Source: Gaiellaceae bacterium
GTDB lineage: Bacteria; Actinomycetota; Thermoleophilia; Gaiellales; Gaiellaceae
DNA length: 53,107 bases
Reading direction: 5' to 3'
Assembly (NCBI GenBank): GCA_035531915.1
Contig: DATKRX010000144.1
Span: 1 to 53,107, forward strand
Each line of letters starts with the position of its first letter. Positions within the stretch are counted from its first letter, which is position 1. A program made the translations under genes and the position numbers. The notes below the pieces were generated by a model. The model was given only the letters and a program-made list of their open reading frames with translations. It was not told the origin of the DNA and did not search any database. Shown one piece after another: positions 49,270 through 53,107 of the stretch.

Positions 49270-50535
49270 TCAGACGCGCGGCCCGAGGCGCTGCCAGAGG
49301 TTCTCGACCATCCGGCTGACGCCGGGCTCCTCGGCTGTCCCGGCGAAGTTGAGGACGCCGGCGTCGAAGACCTGGGCGCCGTTTCCGGCGCGGTAGTGGG
49401 TCATCTGCGCGGTCTGGCCCGCGCCGAAGATGTTCGGGATCTCGGCCAGCACCTGCACGCCCGGAGGCGAGCTGTCTGCGACTGCGTCGACCTCGATCCC
49501 GTAGGTGCCGAAGCTCGAGCCGTTTCGGAAGCCGGTGCCCTCGAAGAGCCAGGGCGCGTGCTCGGCGCCGGTCACCGTCAGCGGCTGGTTCTTGTACTTG
49601 CCCTGGTACCAGTTGATGTACTGGGAGCCGATCATGCGCGCCTCGGGCCGGCCGAGGTCGCGCCAGCGCCAGCGGCCGTTCATCACGTCGCCCTGCTTCT
49701 CGATCTTGTAGAAGAAGTTGTTCGCCGACATGAAGATCAGGTTCCCGCCGAGCGCCTGGAAGTGCTCGACGACGTCGAAGGTGTGCTCGGTGACGTACTC
49801 CTCGTGTCCGGCGAAGACGATCAGGTCGTAGAGCCGTTTGAGCTCGTGCCCGCTCGGGATCAGCTCGAGGTCGTCGTCGGAGACGATGTCTACGGGATGG
49901 CCGCTGTGGGCGAGCCAGCGGATGAACCCCATGTCGTACCCCCGGTAGTGGGGCGGGATGCCGCCGAGGTAGGGCCGCGTGAGGTCGACGTGATGGACGC
50001 CCCCGTTTGCATACCAGGTCGCACCGTCGCGGAGGTTGTAGGCGGCCCAGGTGTTCGTCGGGTGGACGACGAGCGTGCGCGCCTGGCCGAGCTCGCGCGG
50101 GCGGACGACGAACGGCGCGTAGCCGATCTGGCCGTGCGGGCCCTGCAGCTGGACGTAGTGGAGGCCGGTCGGCCAACTCCCGATCTCGATCTGGAGGATC
50201 CCGCGGCCGCCCGGCCAGGAGATGCTCCGCGGCGCCGTCACCGGCAAGCCGCCCATCCCGTGCGGGACGCGTTTGGGCTCGCGCCCTGCCTGCATCACCT
50301 GAAGGTCGAGCTTGCGGGCGGTCGACTCGATCACGAGTTGCCCGCTCGCCCCGGGGCGGTAGCTGCGGGCCAGGAACCCTGCTTCGACCGTGCCCGGTGG
50401 GTCGAGGAACCGGGCCGGTTCTCCCGTCGAAGCCCCGGTTTCGACGAGCACGAGCCCGGAGACAGCAAGCGCCTTGAGGAGAAAGCTGCGACGGCTCAGC
50501 GGCGCGCCGTGGGTCGGGGAATCGCCGGAGTTCAC
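49270..50535 (-). CDS. Tat-exported protein resembling the N,N-dimethylformamidase large-subunit C-terminal (DUF6605-like) family
   Basis: Twin-arginine signal LSRRSFLLKALAVSG. LVVHPTNTWAAYN, GFIRWLAHSGHPVDIVSDDDL, LIVFAGHEEYVTEHTFDVVEHFQALGGNLIFMSANNFFYKI. Confidence 0.65.
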   Translation of the reverse strand: MNSGDSPTHGAPLSRRSFLLKALAVSGLVLVETGASTGEPARFLDPPGTVEAGFLARSYRPGASGQLVIESTARKLDLQVMQAGREPKRVPHGMGGLPVTAPRSISWPGGRGILQIEIGSWPTGLHYVQLQGPHGQIGYAPFVVRPRELGQARTLVVHPTNTWAAYNLRDGATWYANGGVHHVDLTRPYLGGIPPHYRGYDMGFIRWLAHSGHPVDIVSDDDLELIPSGHELKRLYDLIVFAGHEEYVTEHTFDVVEHFQALGGNLIFMSANNFFYKIEKQGDVMNGRWRWRDLGRPEARMIGSQYINWYQGKYKNQPLTVTGAEHAPWLFEGTGFRNGSSFGTYGIEVDAVADSSPPGVQVLAEIPNIFGAGQTAQMTHYRAGNGAQVFDAGVLNFAGTAEEPGVSRMVENLWQRLGPRV

Positions 50536-50636
50536 CTCGCTTTAGGCTAGCGACCGGGTTCGTGCTCGGAGGGTCCGGCCGCCTCGGCGCGCCTCAGTAG
50601 CCCGCGAGCTCGCGGCGGCCGGCAGCCCGAGCCAGG

Positions 50637-51047
50637 GTGAAGAGAGCGCCTTCGGTCCCGGCCCAACTCGTGGCCGCAGCTTTCTCGGCGCTGCAAGGAG
50701 AAGGCGGCGATCTGGTTCGCGACGAGCTTCTTCCCGCTCGTCCTGATCGAGCTCTCGATCGACGGGACGCACCTCAAGGGGTCGGTGAGCTTCGGCGGCA
50801 AACCGGTCAGCGGCTACAGCACGACCCTTGCCGGTTGAAGCCGAAGTTCTACGTCTACCTCGACTGCTTCGGCTGCGGTGGCCGGGCCGGGTGGTCGTTC
50901 ATGCTCGGCGTCGCCCCGAAAGCAGACGGAACGTTCTCGGCCCTGATCCGCCCGAACTGGAAGGGCACGCGCTAGCGAGCCACGGTCGCCGGGCCGAACG
51001 CGGGCACGACCTACGCGCCCGACGCGCAGACCGTCATCTCCGGCTGA
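50637..51047 (+). pseudogene. Decayed gene remnant: coding signal switches frame twice and continues past an in-frame TAG
   Basis: High GC3 sits in frame 0 (50637 to about 50705), then frame 1 (about 50690-50837, ...IELSIDGTHLKGSVSFGGKPVSGYSTTLAG*, with no start codon), then frame 0 again (50836-50975, KPKFYVYLDCFGCGG...NWKGTR*). After TAG 50973-50975 the same frame stays strongly coding (RATVAGPNAGTTYAPDAQTVISG*) to TGA 51045-51047. Confidence 0.45.
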
Positions 51048-51141
51048 AGGCAACCGAAGCCGGCTCGAGGCTGGCCTTGCCGAGGTTTGCCTGAGCGCGA
51101 GCCCGGTCGAGCGGGGTCGCCCCAGAGAGAAGCCTGGCAGC

Positions 51142-52251
51142 GTGAGCGCGCATGACCGGAGTTGCACCGTCCGTGCGACAATCACGGAGACGATTCGATG
51201 GGCCGTTCTGCCTAGCATCCGCCGAGGTTCCCCCGACCCGCGCCACCGGCGAGCCGTTCGGAGGGTCGCGGGAGTTGCCGGCAGCGCTCTGATCGTCGCG
51301 ACCGCGCTCTTGCTGCCCGTTGCCGGCGCCGGTGCCTCGGGCCGGGTCGAACGGGGCATCGTCGATGTGACCGCGAAGCTTGGCTATCAGGGCCTCGACA
51401 CGATCGGCACCGGCATGGTCGTCGATGGCTCGGGCGAGGTCCTGACGAACAACCACGTGATCCGGGGCGCGACGTCGATCCGGGTCTCCGACCTCGACAA
51501 CGGCCGCACCTATTCCGCGGTCGTGGTCGGATACGACGTGTCGGTGGACGTCGCCGTCCTGAGGCTCGTGGGTGCGCCCGGAGTGCAGGCGGTCACGCTC
51601 GGGAGCTCCTCGAACGCGAAGACCGGCGACGCCGTCACGACGATCGGCAACGCCGGCGGGGACGGCGGCACCCCGAGACGAACGACCGGCGAGGTGGTGG
51701 CGCTCGACCAGTCGATTACGGCGCTCGACGACAGCGGCAACCTCGAGCGGCTCACCGGGCTGATCGAGATGAGCGCGCCGCTGAAGCCGGGCGACTCGGG
51801 CGGCCCGCTCGTCGACGCCGCCGGGGCGGTGATCGGTATGGACACCGCGGGCTCCGGCCAGCAGTCGAATACCGACGGGTTCGCGATCCCGATCAATCGG
51901 GCGCTCTCGATCGCAAACGAGATCGAGCACGGGCAATCCTCGGCGTCGGTCCACGTCGGCAAGACGGCGTTCATCGGGATCAACATCGAGTCCCCGGGCC
52001 ACGGCCCGGGTGGGCGAGTCGTCGGCGCCCTCGTCACGGGCACCCTCGCCGGCGCTCCCGCAAGCCGGGCGGGCATCGTGCGCGGCGACATCATCTACGC
52101 CCTCCAGGGCCGGACGATCGCCTCTCCGGCGGCGCTCACGAACACGCTCTCGAGCATGTCCCCGGGCGCGATCGCCCGGCTCGCCTGGATCGACCAGACC
52201 GGCGCGACCCATCGGGCAACCGTACGGCTCGAAAGCGGCCCACCTCAGTAG
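51142..52251 (+). CDS. Trypsin-like serine protease with PDZ domain (second HtrA-like paralogue)
   Basis: TM ALIVATALLLPVAGAGA. VLTNNHVI, DVAVLRL, LKPGDSGGPLVDAAGAVIGM. PDZ-like region FIGINI...GDIIYALQG. GTG start is uncertain. Confidence 0.88.
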   Translation: MSAHDRSCTVRATITETIRWAVLPSIRRGSPDPRHRRAVRRVAGVAGSALIVATALLLPVAGAGASGRVERGIVDVTAKLGYQGLDTIGTGMVVDGSGEVLTNNHVIRGATSIRVSDLDNGRTYSAVVVGYDVSVDVAVLRLVGAPGVQAVTLGSSSNAKTGDAVTTIGNAGGDGGTPRRTTGEVVALDQSITALDDSGNLERLTGLIEMSAPLKPGDSGGPLVDAAGAVIGMDTAGSGQQSNTDGFAIPINRALSIANEIEHGQSSASVHVGKTAFIGINIESPGHGPGGRVVGALVTGTLAGAPASRAGIVRGDIIYALQGRTIASPAALTNTLSSMSPGAIARLAWIDQTGATHRATVRLESGPPQ

Positions 52252-52440
52252 GTGCGGCCCGGTCGGAACGCGACCGCCTCCATGCGAGAAACCCGGGGGC
52301 GTAGAAGGCCTCGAGCAACGACGAGGGTGAGTCGACGAGGGAGGAGAGCGGCTGCCGGGAGCCCGGCCGCTTGGCGTGCCGGTCGGAGGCGGGGCCGCGC
52401 GAGCGCCGCCGTGCGGAGCTCGAAAACTACTATCGAGCGG

Positions 52441-52985
52441 ATGCAGTGGCCCGAGCTCCCCTACGAGGCCTGGCGCGAAACCAAGGAGACGCTCCACATG
52501 TACCTGCAGATCGTGGGCAAGGTTCGCGCCGCGCTCGCCCCCACGGAGCCCGATTGGGGGCACGCACCGTTCTCCTTGACGGCGCGCGGCCTGACGACCT
52601 CGCCGATCCCGCACCCGAACGGCGTCTTCGACATCGACGTCGACCTGATCGACCACGCCCTCTCTGTGCGGGCCACGGATGGTCGGGTCGAGCGAATCCG
52701 GCTCGAGCCGCGGACGGTGGCCGAGTTCCACTCCGAGCTGTTGGGGCTCCTCGACACGGCCGGGTTCACGGTCGAGATCTCAGCTGGGCCCGGCGATGTG
52801 CGCGACGGGATCCCGTTCGCCGAGGACGTCGTGCACGGAAGCTACGAGCCGGAGTGGGCGAACCGCTTCTGGCAGGTTCTCGTCTGCGTCGACCGGGTGC
52901 TCAAGGAACACCGGGCCCGTTTTCGAGGCAAGACCTCGCCGGTACAGCTCTGGTGGGGGTCGTTCGATCTCGCCTACAGCCGCTT
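52441..52985 (+). pseudogene. DUF5996-family gene, apparently 3'-truncated
   Basis: ATG 52441 gives MQWPELPYEAWRETKETLHMYLQIVGKVR...FRGKTSPVQLWWGSFDLAYSR, which matches my recollection of DUF5996 N-terminal and middle regions. After about 52985 the frame stays open to the window end but reads as junk (RRTSQYTLRVYLVYEQGADEHRDRG). This ORF is absent from the supplied track, presumably because it has no stop. Confidence 0.5.
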
Positions 52986-53038
52986 GCGGTACGCGTCACG
53001 GCGCACCAGCCAGTACACCCTACGTGTATACTTGGTGT

Positions 53039-53107
53039 ATGAGCAAGGTGCGGACGAACATCGAGATAGAGGACACCTACCTCGAGGCGATCATGGATCG
53101 CTACGGC
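53039..53107 (+). CDS. VapB-type (RHH/DUF2191-like) antitoxin, 5' fragment running off the window
   Basis: ATG 53039 gives MSKVRTNIEIEDTYLEAIMDRYG..., the typical N-terminus of type II antitoxins (RTNIEIDD.L). Preceded by an AT-richer stretch containing GTACAC...GTGTAT. Confidence 0.5.
   Translation, partial: MSKVRTNIEIEDTYLEAIMDRYG

Noticed and set aside
50973-50975. In-frame TAG as pyrrolysine or programmed read-through.
   Set aside because: The same locus also shows two frame switches and lacks a start for the middle segment, so decay is the simpler explanation. No pyl genes or PYLIS-like context are visible in the window.
1-53107. Mobile elements, prophage, defence islands, CRISPR-Cas, rRNA or tRNA genes.
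   Set aside because: No transposase, integrase, recombinase, phage structural protein, large ATPase/nuclease or Cas-like protein appears in any frame. No long terminal inverted repeats or repeat-spacer arrays are present. I noticed no tRNA-like T-arm or acceptor signatures. The only accessory-type genes are the two TA loci.

Overview
Very GC-rich window with strong GC3 bias, densely coding, and actinobacterium-like: it has IMPase-type HisN, a SigK/RskA pair, DUF3105, many GTG/TTG starts and 1-4 nt start/stop overlaps. I support about 60 protein genes. I saw no rRNA, tRNA, CRISPR array, transposase or integrase. Many long ORFs in the track are antisense or off-frame GC artefacts (Arg/Pro/Gly/Asp-rich), and I did not call them.

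Main blocks:
- 861-5340: hisN, an amidase and secreted proteins, one of which is split by an apparent +1 frameshift.
- 5399-9435: a caa3-type oxidase operon, ctaC (cytochrome c fusion), ctaD, ctaB (with an extra 4-TM N-domain) and a 66-aa micro-protein.
- 9445-17547: a 12-ORF, tightly coupled envelope operon containing YcnI, CopC-CopD-YtkA and a TlpA-like thioredoxin plus nine unknowns. This is probably copper handling or CuA maturation and is the best candidate here for an undescribed system.
- 17680-19542: an ABC exporter, followed by two small Cys-rich secreted paralogues.
- 20349-23400: DUF1800-DUF1501-cupredoxin.
- 23463-27360: a ferritin-like gene, sigK-rskA, VapBC and HtrA.
- 29444-31382: lipid genes (plsC, desaturase).
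- 31358-34682: a NOX-like flavocytochrome, cytochrome c, cupin, DUF4157-like HExxH protein and hydrolase.
- 35349-38824: CHRD, Mo-oxidoreductase, cytochrome b and a two-component system.
- 38892-43714: GT-C-like membrane proteins.
- 45734-48703: glutaryl-CoA dehydrogenase and a CoA-transferase, divergent across a 19-nt leaderless-type promoter, plus a GntR regulator.
- 50637-53107: a decayed gene remnant, a second HtrA-like protease, and a DUF5996 gene truncated next to a VapB-like gene at the window edge.

A 456-nt convergent gap (405-860) has no credible ORF and may hold a structured RNA.

Every family assignment comes from motif recognition by eye. No database search was run.
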